A stretch of DNA of 64,000 nucleotides from an uncultured Acidobacteriota bacterium. Lineage in GTDB: Bacteria > Acidobacteriota > UBA6911. The notes under the pieces are model-generated. The model was given only the letters and a program-made list of their open reading frames with translations, was not told the origin of the DNA and made no database searches. A program made the position numbers and the translations under genes. The stretch is taken from contig CAWJKZ010000012.1 in assembly GCA_963843575.1 (NCBI GenBank), forward strand, positions 192,001 to 256,000, written 5' to 3'. This document shows, piece by piece, positions 9,514 through 20,586 of this stretch (positions within the stretch are counted from its first letter, which is position 1; each line of letters starts with the position of its first letter).

Positions 9514-10854
9514 ATGATCGTCCACGACAAACTGCCGGCCGGCGGCGGGCTCGCCCGCCCGGCCCGTCTGCTGACGGGCGCCGCATTATTCGTCTGCTGC
9601 GCCGCGGGCCTGCGCCTGCACTACCTCTCACCGGGCCCGGCCGCCGTCGCCCCCGCCGTGGTCTTCGCGGCCCTGGCCCTGATCGTCGCAGCCCAGGTCT
9701 GGCTCGCGCTGCGCTGGGACTCGCCGACCCTGGCCGGGCTCGCGGGCCTGCAGGCGCTGATCTGGAGCCTGCTGGCGGACACGACCGCCGCGGGCCTGCC
9801 TCTGCTCGCCGCGCTCTCGCTGGGCGCCGCGCTGCTGGCGCTGCGGCGCGACTGGTGGCCGCTCCTTGCGGTGACGGTGGTCGCCGTCTACGCGGGCCAC
9901 CTGCTGTGGCTCCTCAACAACCCGCTCGCGGGAAACTCGGTCGGCGCCATCCTGCCGGAGCGGTTCGCCCTCGCCTACCTCTTCGCCTGCGCAGCCGCCT
10001 TCTTCTGGCCGGCCCTGGCCCGCGACCCGAGGGCAGAGCCGTCCGTCCTCCTGGTGGTCCTGCTCAACTCGCTGAGCCTGTCGGTCCTGACGTCGCTGGC
10101 GGTTTTCGCCCTCTACGGAGGCCGCTCGCCCCGCGTCTATGCGCTGCTCGCCTCGTTCTTCCTGCTTGGCTCGGTGGTGCAGTGGTCCCGCACGCACCGC
10201 CAGCTCGAGCCGGCGCTCTACGCGTGTTCGGGCTACCTGGCCCTGACCCTGGCGATCTACGATTACCGCGGCACCTCGACGCTTTTTTTCTGGCTCGCCG
10301 TCCAGAGCCTCGTCGTCATCTCCATGGCGCTCTGGTTTCGTTCGAAGTTCCTGGTCGTGACCAACTGCGCCCTCTTTCTGTGCATCCTCGCGGCCTACAT
10401 GACGGGATTCCCGTCCTCGGCCGCAGTGACCTTGACCTTCGCCCTCGTGGCCCACTTGAGCGCGCGGCTGATGAACTGGCAGAAGAGCCGGCTGACGCTG
10501 CAGACGGAGGCGCTCCGGAATACCTACCTCGCCACGGGATTTATCCTGGTGCTCTACGCACTCGGGCACTGGCTGCCCGGCCCTTACGTCGCGCCGGGCT
10601 GGCTCGCCGCCGGGGCGGCCTACTTCGGCGTCGGCCTCGCGCTGGGGAACAGAAAGTACCGCTTCCTCGCCGCCGGGAGCGCGCTGGCGACGGCCGTCCG
10701 CCTCTGCGCCATCGACATGCCGCGGCTGCTGCCGGACCACCGCGGTGCGACGTGGATCTGCGCCGGCGCCGCCGCCCTGGTGCTGTCGGTGCTCTTCGCG
10801 CGATGGAGAGGCCGGAAGAGCGGGTCCCAGCGGTTGGACGCCGCCCGAAGTTGA
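9514..10854 (+). CDS. Polytopic membrane protein (DUF2339-like)
   Basis: More than 12 hydrophobic segments; GGAGAAGG RBS before ATG 9514. Confidence 0.6.
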   Translation: MIVHDKLPAGGGLARPARLLTGAALFVCCAAGLRLHYLSPGPAAVAPAVVFAALALIVAAQVWLALRWDSPTLAGLAGLQALIWSLLADTTAAGLPLLAALSLGAALLALRRDWWPLLAVTVVAVYAGHLLWLLNNPLAGNSVGAILPERFALAYLFACAAAFFWPALARDPRAEPSVLLVVLLNSLSLSVLTSLAVFALYGGRSPRVYALLASFFLLGSVVQWSRTHRQLEPALYACSGYLALTLAIYDYRGTSTLFFWLAVQSLVVISMALWFRSKFLVVTNCALFLCILAAYMTGFPSSAAVTLTFALVAHLSARLMNWQKSRLTLQTEALRNTYLATGFILVLYALGHWLPGPYVAPGWLAAGAAYFGVGLALGNRKYRFLAAGSALATAVRLCAIDMPRLLPDHRGATWICAGAAALVLSVLFARWRGRKSGSQRLDAARS

Positions 10855-10856
10855 CA

Positions 10857-10966
10857 CAAGTGGGTCCGGGCTTCAGCCCGGACGTTTTTTGATCCGATCT
10901 ATGTGGCGACGGGCGCACGTTATGGCGACCGCAAACAGCGTGCGGGCTGAAGCCCGGACCCACTTG
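10857..10966. repeat. REPIN-like element, family A, copy 4
   Basis: 110 bp, reverse orientation relative to copy 1, between convergent genes. Confidence 0.9.
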
Positions 10967-10990
10967 ACCGGCGGACGCATTCGGCGGTAA

Positions 10991-12055
10991 CTAAAACGCG
11001 GAGAGGACGGTGCGCCAGAGCAGGGCGGTCCCCTTGTCGGTCACGTCCAGCGCGTTCTCGTAGGCCTCGTGATTCTCCTGCGCCTCCGGGGTCACCAGCC
11101 GCACGAAGACGAAGTCCCTCGAGGGGTCGACCAGGCAGAGGTTGTGGAAACTGCCCAGGAAGGCGAAGCCGCGGCGGTCCACCCCCTCCCAGATCCCGTT
11201 GGTGTTGACGAACATCAGCCACCCGTACCCGCGGCGCCGGAAATCCTGCTGCCCGGGGGCGGTCGGGATCCCGGCCAGCGCGGGATCGTTGACTGTGGCC
11301 TGGGCGATGAACCGCTCGCTCAGCAACTGCTTCCCCCGCCAGCGCCCCCGGTTCAGGAACAGCTGCCCGAACAGGGCGAGTTCCCGCGCGTTGGTGAGCA
11401 CGCTGCGCCAGGTCAGGCAGTCGCCTTTGCGCGAGCGCAACCAGTCCGTATCCACCGCCCCGATGGCGTTCAGGATGCGTTCCCGCAGGAACACGATCGG
11501 CTGCTTCCCCGTCAGGCGCTCGACGATGGGGCACACCGCCTGTGCGGTAGCCTGCTCGTAGGACCACGCCGTCCCCGGCTCCCGCTCCAGCGGCCAGCTC
11601 AGGGTGGACGCGACGGGATCGACCACCGTGGTGAACCCCTTGTAGTCGAGCTTCAGCCCCGACGTCATCGTCAGGAGGTGGCGTATCGTGATCTTCCTGC
11701 GGTCGTCCCCCGCCCACTCGGTCAGGATCTTGCAGGCGGGGTCGTCGACCTTCAGCTTCCCGTCGTCGATCAGCAGACCGAGGGCCGCCGCCGCATACGC
11801 CTTCCCGGCCGAGTAGGTGTCGAACCGGGAATTCGGCCCGAAGCCGTCCCAGTAGTGCTCCCATACCAGCTTGCCCTTCACCGCCAGCACGGCCGCCCCG
11901 GTCTTGTTGGCGCCCAGCAGCTCCGTCAGCGCCCCGTCGAGCACTTCGGCCTTCAGCCCGACGTCCGCGGGCCGGGCCCGCGGCCATTCCGCCCCAAGCG
12001 CCGGGGCGACAGCGAAGCAAAGCAACAGGCCGGATAGAAACGCGCGAGAATGCAT
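10991..12055 (-). CDS. Secreted serine hydrolase, beta-lactamase class C / AmpC-like family
   Basis: Signal peptide; SAGK (SxxK), ITIRHLLTMTSGL, PGTAWSY, ARELALFGQLFLNRGRW. Confidence 0.85.
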   Translation of the reverse strand: MHSRAFLSGLLLCFAVAPALGAEWPRARPADVGLKAEVLDGALTELLGANKTGAAVLAVKGKLVWEHYWDGFGPNSRFDTYSAGKAYAAAALGLLIDDGKLKVDDPACKILTEWAGDDRRKITIRHLLTMTSGLKLDYKGFTTVVDPVASTLSWPLEREPGTAWSYEQATAQAVCPIVERLTGKQPIVFLRERILNAIGAVDTDWLRSRKGDCLTWRSVLTNARELALFGQLFLNRGRWRGKQLLSERFIAQATVNDPALAGIPTAPGQQDFRRRGYGWLMFVNTNGIWEGVDRRGFAFLGSFHNLCLVDPSRDFVFVRLVTPEAQENHEAYENALDVTDKGTALLWRTVLSAF

Positions 12056-12272
12056 CGTAGACTCCTTGTGCCGTCGATGACCGTCAGGCAGAATCCATAC
12101 GGGGGATACTCTGGTCCCGGAGGCTGAAAAAAAACAGAAAAAACTCGCTGCGATCTCCCCCCGGGCGGCACCATTATCAAGCCGGAGGCCCGGAGGGTTG
12201 CAGAGGCTGCAGGGCACTCGTGTAACGCGGGCGACGCCCGTGCTCCAATGGTACCCGCACCGAGGGAGGCCG

Positions 12273-14719
12273 ATGCGCACGCTGCTCCAGGATATCCGCT
12301 ACACCGTCCGCATGCTGTGGCACAGCCCGGGCTTTACCGCCGGCGGCCGTGGCGACGCTTGCCGTCGGCATCGGGGCCAACACCGTCATCTTCTCCGTCA
12401 CCGGGAGCCTCCTGTTCCCACCGATGCCCTATCGCGACGCGGGCGCGATTCTGGCCCTGACGCAGGTGCACCGGCAAACGGGCGGCTTCGCCTCCTCGAT
12501 ACCGGACTTCCTCGACTGGAAGGAGCCAGAACCACGTTTTCTCGCAGCTGGCGGCGGTGAGCTACGGCTGGAGCACGATTGCCGGCGGGGCGGAGCCTGA
12601 AGACGTCGACACCGCTTATGTCTCCGACGGTTTCTTTTCCCTGCTCGGGGTCGCGCCTGCCGCGGGCCGGCTGTTCCTCCCCGAGGAGTACGGCCGCGGG
12701 GCAGAGCGCGTCATGGTCCTCGGCTACGGCTTCTGGCAGCGCCAGTTCGGCGGGGCACCGGACGCGATCGGCCGCCGGCTGACCCTTTCCGGCGACACCT
12801 GCACGGTGGTGGGGATCATGCCTGCGGGCTTCGAGGAGCCGTTTTCCACCAAGGTCTTCCTCCCCCTGGGCGCGCGCCGGGACGCGATCCCGACGGACCG
12901 CCGCAACCGGCGCGCCGGCGTGTTCGCCCGTCTCAAGGAGGGAGTCACCCTCGACCAGGCCCGGCGGGAGATGTCGGTGATCTCGGATCGCCTGGCGCTG
13001 GCCTACCCGGCCACCAACACGGACGTCGAGGTGGTCGTTCAGCCGTGGCGCGAACGGATGACCGGCCGGTTCAGGACCATGATCGGCCTGCTGCTGGGCG
13101 CCGTGGCGTTCGTGCTCCTGATCGGGTGCGTCAATATCGCGAACCTGCTGATGGCGCGCGCCGCCTCGCGCCAGAAGGAAATCGCGATCCGCCTCGCCCT
13201 GGGCGCCCGGAGGTCGCGCCTGATCCGGCAGCTGCTCACCGAGAGCTTCGTGCTGGCCGTGCTCGGCGGCGCGGCCGGCGTCATGCTGGCCTATTGGTCC
13301 GTCCCGGTCCTCAACAACCTGTACGCGTTCGAGGGCCCCTTTTCCCTCGATCCAGGGGTCCTGGCCGCGACGGCCGTCCTGGTGGGGGTCACGGCGCTCC
13401 TGTTCGGCTCGGTCCCGGCGCTGGTGCTGGCGAGGCTCGGGACGAGCCAGGTGCTCAAGGACAGGACGGCGCAGGCGGCCGGGGCGCAGAGCCGCCGTTT
13501 CCGCGCCGCGCTCGTCGTCGCCGAACTGGCGCTTTCGCTCGTGCTCCTGTACGGCGCCGCGCTCCTCATGCGGAGCTTCCACCACTACACCTCGCTGGAC
13601 AAAGGCTTCAATCCCCGCAACGTCCTCAGCATGGCCGTGAACGTCTACAAGGAGCGATACCCTCGCACGGGGACCAGGTGGTCGACTTCGGACGGAAGGT
13701 CCTGGAGCAGCTCGAGCGCGTCCCCGGTCACCAGTCCGCTGCCGTGGCCGCCCCGCTCGGCCTCGGCAGCGGCGAACTCACGACGGCGCCGCCGCGGACC
13801 GGGCCGGCCGCCGCGCTGCCCGCACTCGATCCGCTCGCCGTCAGCGCCGATTACTTCCGGGTCATGCAGATCCGGCTCCTGCGGGGACGGCCCTTCACCA
13901 GGCCGGAGGGGGAACGGGGCGCGGACGTCGTCATCCTCAGCGAAAAACTCGCGGAACATCTCTGGCCGGGAGAGGACCCGCTCGGCAAGACCCTGAGGCT
14001 GGACTCGGCCGGTGCCGACGTGCCCTGGCTTGCGGTGGTCGGTGTCACCCGCGAAGCCCGCGGGCACTCGTTTCCAAGCGTCACCTCGGACACGCTCGGG
14101 CTGTACCTGCCGTTCGGGCTGATGCGCGCGGGGGACGGGGCCCTGGCCAGGACCGGCGGCAATCGCGACGGCCGCTACACCGCCCTGCGCTTTTATCTCC
14201 GCACCGGCGGCGATCCGCAGAGCCTCGCCGCCGCGGCACGGGCCGCCGTGCTGGACACCGACCGGCAACAGCCCGTTTTCGCGGTCAGCACGATGGAGGA
14301 GAAGCTGCGGCGGGAGGGGGCGCCGCGGCGCGCCCTGGCCGTGCTGGCCGGCGTGTTCGCGCTCGTGGCCCTGCTGCTGGCGACGGTGGGAACTTACGGG
14401 GTCATGGCCTACTCCGTCAGCGAGCGCACTCCCGAAATCGGCATCCGGATGGCCCTCGGCGCCCAGGAGAGCGACGCGCTCGGCCTGATCCTGAGACAGG
14501 GCGTCGGCCTGCTCCTGGCCGGTCTCCCGCTCGGGCTCGCCGGCGCCGGCGCGCTGTCGGTCGTTCTGAGAAACCAGCTGTATCGGCGTGCCCGCCACCG
14601 ACCCGGCGACTCTCGCGGGCGTCTCGCTGCTCCTCGCCGCGGTCGCGCTGCTGGCCTGTTATGTTCCGGCCCGCCGCGCCGCCAAGGTCGATCCGGTCAT
14701 CGCCCTGCGCTGCGAGTGA
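12273..14719 (+). CDS. ADOP-type duplicated ABC permease (MacB_PCD/FtsX x2); about 4 frameshifts
   Basis: [87 protein letters not shown]. Confidence 0.88.
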
Positions 14720-14901
14720 ACTCTGGAGCGCGGGCGGAAAGGCCGAAGGACCCGGAGGACTCGTCCATCCCGCCTGCGGTCCTTTGAGTTTCTTCGAGCC
14801 TGGAGCTTCGCGGTGAGCTCTTGAGCCCGACCTCACTCAGGGCCGCACGCCATATTGCCGCATCGAAACACCGGTGCTATCTTTGCGGGCAGGTGACAAC
14901 C

Positions 14902-15460
14902 ATGACCTGGATCCGAACGATTCCCGAATCCGACGCGGACGAACGGCTGCGGCGGGCCCTCGAGGCACAGCGCGCCTCTATCCTCCCGAGTACGCGCCCC
15001 CGCAAGGGAAGGCCAATCCGACAGCATCGTGGCCTCGCACACCCTGATCCCGGGCGCGCTGCACCATGCCTTCGCAACGTTCGGCGCGCTGATGTCACCC
15101 GAACTGCCCCTGACGAGGCGACAGCACGAGATGATCGCCACAATGGTTTCTGTGGCGAACAGGTGCATGTATTGAATCGAAGCCCACGCAGAGTTTCTGC
15201 GTACCGTGACTCTCGATGACAACCTCGTCCGCGCGCTGCGGGAGGACTACACCAATGCGCCCGTCTCCGCGGCGGATCGAGTGATGCTGGATTACGTGGT
15301 GCAGCTGACGAAGGACGCCACCCGCATCAGCAGAATAGATCTTGAATCCTTGCGTGCGGCGGGATTTGACGACAAGGCTATACTCCAGATCACGCTGATC
15401 GCCTCGTGGTTCAATTACATCAACCGCGTCGCCGATGCGCTTGGCGTCGGCCGGGATTGA
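14902..15460 (+). CDS. AhpD/carboxymuconolactone-decarboxylase-like peroxidase, probable selenoprotein (CxxU); two apparent indels near 14977-15017
   Basis: ...[18 protein letters not shown](15173)-IEAHAEFLR continues in frame into ORF 15206-15460 (..[12 protein letters not shown]). The TGA sits where the second Cys of the CxxCxxxH motif belongs. Confidence 0.82.
15186..15202 (+). other. Candidate bacterial SECIS hairpin
   Basis: ACGCAGA-GTT-TCTGCGT, a perfect 7-bp stem whose loop G lies 17 nt after the in-frame TGA. Confidence 0.65.
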
Positions 15461-15467
15461 CTGGTGA

Positions 15468-16205
15468 TCAACCGCGAATCCCAGGCCCGGCGGCACCGGC
15501 ATCGAGCACCACGATGTATCGGGGTGCAACTGCAGGATGGACGCCGGCACCTCGGGCGTCACCGGACCGAAGAGCGCCTTCTGCATGACCTCCAGCTTTG
15601 GTGCCCCTTTCGCGACCAGGATGATCTTTCTCGCCTCCATGATGTTCCGGATCCCCAGTGTCACCGCCTGACGCGGAGCTAAGCCGGTTTTCCTGTAAAA
15701 CTCCGACTTATCCGACAGGCTGCGGCCCGAAATCTCGGCGACGTGCGCACGGCTCTCGAACGGCGTACCCGGCTCGTTGAACCCGATGTGCCCGTTCATC
15801 CCGATTCCGAGGATCTGCAGGTCGATGCCGCCGGCCCGCTCTATCCGCAGCTCGTACTGCCGGGCTTCCTCCGCGAAATCCGCAGCTTCGCCGTCCGGCA
15901 GGTGACAGTTCTTGCGCCGTATGTCGATGCAATCCAGGAGCTGCTCGAAGATGCGATACCTGCAGCTTCCCGGATGCGCCGGGAGCTACGCCCGCGTACT
16001 CGTCTACATTGAACGTGAACGACGTCGGCGAAGCGAAATCGCCGCACTCGCGGTGCAGCTTTACGATGGCCCGGTGCAGCCCGATCGTGGTGTTGCCAGT
16101 CGAAAGACCCAGAACGCTACGGGGCCGCACCAGCACCTGCTTCGCGACCTCCTGCGCCGCCACGAGGTCCACCTCTTCTGCCGTCTGTCTCACGACGATT
16201 CTCAT
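15468..16205 (-). CDS. nagB: Glucosamine-6-phosphate deaminase; several frameshifts
   Basis: VLGLSTGNT, TFNVDEY, GGIDLQILGIGMNGHIGFNEPG, AVTLGIRNIMEARKIILVAKG, GPVTPEVPASILQLHP. Confidence 0.88.
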
Positions 16206-16595
16206 GTCCCCGCTCCTTGCCCCGGCTTAAACGGCCGGAAGTATCTGCTGCCAGATGCGAACGAAATTCCCGCGGGGCCTCATTATCACACGGACACGGC
16301 CGGGGCCGGAGGCAGTTTCAACGCGGGCACGCTTCCACCGTCGCCCTCATCGGACCGGCCATTTTCTTCGCCGGCGGCCTCTGGTGCGCAGCGGCCGGCG
16401 GCCGCAAGGGAGCGGGGGCAGGCCGCCCCCGCCCCGCTGGGCTGCAAGGGGCAATCGAGAGCTCCGACTCTTGCGCGAAATCAACGGGGCCGCGGCGGGC
16501 CGCCGCGGCCCACTAGGCGAATCCGCTGTTGATGCGGCGGCGCACGTGGTGCTAGCCTAGAGCCCTCCGCACTACCCGTTCGGCAAGGAGGGCAC

Positions 16596-17300
16596 ATGCA
16601 GAAACCTGAGCGTGCCGGCATCGCGTTGCCGGTCTTGTGCATCGTCGCGGCGGCCTCGGTCCTCGTCGCGTTCGGCAAGGACTTCTGGATCGAAAAACCC
16701 TATTCAGCCTGGAACCAGCAGGAGGCGCTGGCCCTCCTGACCAACTCCCCGTGGTCCTGGCCCACGACCATCCCGGGCAATTACGGCGGCGTTTCCACCC
16801 CCAGCATGATCGGCGGCCGTGCCAGCGCAACCGCGACCAGCGGCGGGCTGGGAGGGTCGAACTCGGTGCCGATGTACGTGAGGTGGCATTCGTCGCTGAA
16901 AGTGCGCCAGGCGCTGGCGCGCTACAGCCAGCTCAACGGCGCCCTGTCGGAGACCGACATCCAGAAGTTCCTGGCCCAGCCGATGCCGGACTACGAGATC
17001 GCGATCAGCTGCCAGGTCATGGAACCGTTTGCGGCGGCGACCTTCGAGTCCGTGTCGCCGAACACGTTTCTGACCTCCAAGAAAAACAAGGAGAAAAAGA
17101 TCGCCTTGAAGGCATACGGCTCGCCGGCAGGCCGGGGGGACAACTTCGCGGTGTTCACGTTCCCGCGCGAGGTCGACGGGAAACCCACGGTCGAGCCCGC
17201 CGACGAGGAGATCGTCTTCTCGACACAGGTCGGCAAGCTGAAGATCCGGGCACCGTTCAAGATCGCCCGCATGACCCTGGACGGCAACCCCGACCTGTAA
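16596..17300 (+). CDS. Secreted hypothetical protein (acidobacterial WxxKPyxxW...SPW type)
   Basis: GGAGGG RBS, signal peptide, DFWIEKPYSAWNQQEA..LLTNSPW, VRWHSSLKVRQA; coding-like codon use. Confidence 0.7.
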   Translation: MQKPERAGIALPVLCIVAAASVLVAFGKDFWIEKPYSAWNQQEALALLTNSPWSWPTTIPGNYGGVSTPSMIGGRASATATSGGLGGSNSVPMYVRWHSSLKVRQALARYSQLNGALSETDIQKFLAQPMPDYEIAISCQVMEPFAAATFESVSPNTFLTSKKNKEKKIALKAYGSPAGRGDNFAVFTFPREVDGKPTVEPADEEIVFSTQVGKLKIRAPFKIARMTLDGNPDL

Positions 17301-17312
17301 CATACCAGGTAT

Positions 17313-17630
17313 TGTTCAAAATACGCTAACGTATTCTGCAGAACGCGGATCTTCGCGGACGGATTCACGCGGATCGGCCGCACCCGGCATTCCTCCCCGA
17401 GGGCTGCCTTTGGCGACGCATCAAAGCCCGGCTCCCGCAGGAAAACGTGGACCTTGAATCGAAGCGGCATCCTTCCAACCGCGCGCTTTCCTGCGGGAGC
17501 CGGGCTTTGATGCATCGGCGCGAAGCGCCGGCCCTCGGGGAGGAATGCCGGGCGCGGCCTGCCACCAGGTAGCAATCCGCGTGCATCCGCGTTGATCCGC
17601 GTCCTGGCAACGTTAGCGTGTTTCTGAACA
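17313..17630. mobile_element. Family B composite MITE-like element with nested inverted repeats
   Basis: Termini TGTTCAAAATACGCTAACGT / ACGTTAGCGTGTTTCTGAACA; inner GCGGAT/ATCCGC periodic arrays; innermost about 60-bp inverted pair (17383-17445 / 17487-17552). Confidence 0.75.
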
Positions 17631-17638
17631 CCAGTACT

Positions 17639-18972
17639 TCAGGACCGGAGCCCGTTCATCTTTGCCGTGAAGGTGACTTCGAAGCGCAGGAAGTAGGCCG
17701 GGGAACGGCCCGCGTAGAAATCGCCGGGCAGGTGGCGTTCGTAGAGGACGTGTCCCTTCCAGTACTTGTTCAGGTTGACGTCCAGACGCGCCTGGTAGTG
17801 GTTGCCCCGATCCGTCCCCGTCCCGAAGATGCGCGGGTCCCCGTGGAACGGCTGGTAGGAATCCATGTGGTAATACGTCAGCCTGCCGCCCAGTGACTTG
17901 CAGGGCGCGAAGAGCAACTCCGCCTGCCACATCCCCTGGTTGGTCCAGTAGCCCACGCCGCGCTCCCGGACCTGGCTGAGGATGTACAGTTCACTCCACT
18001 TCGGCCAGCGGGAGAACAGGGGATCCCACCCTTCGTTCCTGCTCCCGGTGCCGGGGTCGTCACCCGAGAAACCCCAATAGCCCAGCCGAAAGGCTCGGCT
18101 TCCAGGCGCTCTGCTTCCAGGACTTCTTCACATAGCCGTAGCCTGCCCAGCCTGCGAGCCGGGTGGCCGGCCGCTGCGCTCCCCACTGCAGCGCGAACTC
18201 GCCCGTCGCCTCCCAGTCGCTCCTGATTTTCTGCACCGCGCGGGAGCCGGCCGTGTGCACGTGCCGATCCGGCTGAAACTGCGCGCTGGTCGCCGCGCGC
18301 CGGTCGTCCGTTTCCTTTTTGTAGAAGTAGTAGGCTTCGAGGCTGGTGTTTTTGCGGTTGTTGTCCGTGTAGTAGACCCCGAGCGCCTGCTCGTTCCATT
18401 CGAGAAGCTGCCGGGAGCCGACGTGGATGCGCGGCAGGTAGCGGTCCGTGTAAGGGTCGGATATGCCGATGAGCTCGAGCTTGGACTTCTTCCAGGCGTA
18501 GGCCAGGTCGAAGGCGTTGAAGTAGATGGTTCGCGAACCGTCGGAGGGATTCCCCTCGAACAGCGAGGAAGCCTTCCCCCTTGGTCAGGTTCTGCCGTCC
18601 CACCCGCAACGAGAGGCCGCGGACGAACAGCTTTTTGAAGTCGACGTAGGCGTGCTCGAAGGCAACCTCGTCGAAGCGGTACGGCGCGCGTGGGACCACG
18701 ATCTGATTGGTCTCCTGGACCAGCCCGGCGTAGACGTCGACGTTCTCGCCCAGGGGCGCCCTGGCCCAGAGCCGCGTGCGATAGCGGACCTGGTTGCGCT
18801 GGTCCTCGGCCGCGCCGTTGAAGTCGAACACGTTGTCCCAGTTCTCGTTGCGGACACGCTGCTCGAAACCGAGCTCGAAGCTGCCGGCATCCTTGCTCTG
18901 CGGCGCGGGGAAGGCTGCGGCGGCGGTGGCGAGAACGAGCACGAAGGCGGAGAAGAGGTGTCGGGGAGTCAA
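17639..18972 (-). CDS. Alginate-export-family outer-membrane beta-barrel; frameshifted
   Basis: Signal peptide; FEQRVRNENWDN, RYRTRLW, LRVGRQNL..GEGF, GEFALQWG, SGDDP, C-terminal FLRFEVTF. Confidence 0.7.
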
Positions 18973-20141
18973 GGGTGGCTTTTCTCCAGCGCCCTGGCGA
19001 ACCCGGGCAGCGAACGCACGACGGTGTCGCGCGAAACCGTGAGGGACAGCCGGATGTACCCGCCGCGCCCGAAACCCGTGCCGGGTACCGCCAGCACGCC
19101 TTCGGACTGCAGCAGCCGCACGAAGGCGATGTCGTCCGGGACCGGGGTCTTCAGGAAAAGATAGAAGGCACCCTGCGGCTTCCGGACCTCGTATCCGGCG
19201 CGTGCCAGGCCGTCACACAGCAGGTCGCGCTTCTCCTGGTAGATGTGGAGCTCGGGGGGCACCTCGGGAGCCTCGGCCACGACCCACTGCCAGATGGCGG
19301 GCGCGTTGATGAAGCCCAGGATGCGGTTGGTGAACGTGCACGCGTTGCGCAGTTCGTCCGCCCCGGGCAGCCGGGGGGAGATCGCGAGGTAGCCGATGCG
19401 TTCGCCGGCGATCGCCCAAGTCTTGGACCACGAACTCGCCACGACGCAGCTTGAGATGATCGACGCCGCCACCGGCACTTTCGCCCCGTCGTATACGAAG
19501 GCCTTGTAAGGTTCGTCGACGATCACGACGACGGTGTGGTTCACGCGCCGCAGCAGAGCCTCGAGCTCCCGCAGGACCGCCTCCGAGTACACCACCCCGG
19601 TCGGGTTGTGCGGGGAGTTGAGGATGAGGGCGCGGGTCCGGTCCGTGATGGCCGCGCCGACGCGCGCGACGTCGAGCGAGAAGTCGTCGCAGGTCTCGAC
19701 CGTCACCAGCGCGCCGCCGTGGTTGGCCACGTAGAAGGGGTACTCCGAAAAACAGGGGAGCGGGACGATGACCTCGTCGCCGGGATCGAGCATCGCCTTG
19801 AGCACCGTGTTGATGGCCCCGGCCGAGCCGACGGTCATCAGAACGTGGTCCGTGGTGAAGTCCAGGCCGGTCTCCCGCCGGAGACGCTCCGAGATGGTCC
19901 GCCGCACCGCGGGGAAGCCGGCATTCGGCATGTAGCCGTGCATCCCGGGCCGGTTCTCGGCCGCGACCCGCCGCAGGGTGGCGAGCACCTCCGGCGGCGG
20001 GTCCTCGTTCGGGTTGCCGAGCGTGAAATCGAAGACGTTCTCCTCGCCCCGCTCAGCCTTGAGCCGCAACCCCACCTCGAACATCCGGCGGATCCACGAC
20101 GCGCGCTCGAGCTGCTGGTTTATGACGTTGGCGACGATCAT
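18969..20141 (-). CDS. PLP-dependent aminotransferase class I/II (aspartate/aromatic)
   Basis: SWIRRMFE, FDFTLGNP, ILNSPHNPTG, DEPY, SWSKTWAIAGERIGY. Confidence 0.9.
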   Translation of the reverse strand: MIVANVINQQLERASWIRRMFEVGLRLKAERGEENVFDFTLGNPNEDPPPEVLATLRRVAAENRPGMHGYMPNAGFPAVRRTISERLRRETGLDFTTDHVLMTVGSAGAINTVLKAMLDPGDEVIVPLPCFSEYPFYVANHGGALVTVETCDDFSLDVARVGAAITDRTRALILNSPHNPTGVVYSEAVLRELEALLRRVNHTVVVIVDEPYKAFVYDGAKVPVAASIISSCVVASSWSKTWAIAGERIGYLAISPRLPGADELRNACTFTNRILGFINAPAIWQWVVAEAPEVPPELHIYQEKRDLLCDGLARAGYEVRKPQGAFYLFLKTPVPDDIAFVRLLQSEGVLAVPGTGFGRGGYIRLSLTVSRDTVVRSLPGFARALEKSHP

Positions 20142-20579
20142 TCCCGGATCCTGTTGTAGACCTCCACGCTCCCCACGACGTTGATGCCGCGCGCCTGGAG
20201 CAGGCCGATCGCGGCGTCGGGCTTGTCGAAGCGGAAAATGAGAACCGCCATTTTGCCGCGTCCGAAGGGAAACGCATACATGTATTCGATGTTGACCTCC
20301 GCCCGCCCCGAAGATCGAGAGGATCTCGGTGAGCCCCCCGGGCCGGTCGGGGACCTCGACCGCCACGACCTCGACGACGTTGACCACGAAGCCGGCCGCC
20401 TGCAGCAGCGCCTTCCCCTTTTCCCAGTCCGACACGATCATGCGCAGGATGCCGAACCGCTCGGTGTCGGCGAGCGTGAGGGTGCGCACGTCGATCCCGG
20501 CCTCGGAAACCAGGCGGCAAGGTTCGACCAGGGCGCCTGGCGTGTTCTCGAGAAACAAAGAGAGCTGGTGAATTTTCAT
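20138..20579 (-). CDS. ACT-domain amino-acid-binding protein; frameshift near 20305
   Basis: [37 protein letters not shown], then NIEYMYAF in the shifted frame; TGA at 20138. Confidence 0.85.
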
Positions 20580-20586
20580 GTGCGCC

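Noticed and set aside
1171-10966. Repeated 28-bp palindromic sequences as a CRISPR array
   Set aside because: Copies are inverted pairs kilobases apart with homologous spacers; there is no regular repeat-spacer array and no cas genes.
10991-12055. Antibiotic-resistance beta-lactamase
   Set aside because: It has SxxK but YEQ instead of YxN and no KTG triad; more likely an esterase or amidase of the same fold.
18969-20579. 536-aa ACT-aminotransferase fusion in the ORF track
   Set aside because: An indel near 20305 joins the two. The ACT C-terminus (NIEYMYAF) is in another frame and stops at 20138, overlapping the aminotransferase ATG.
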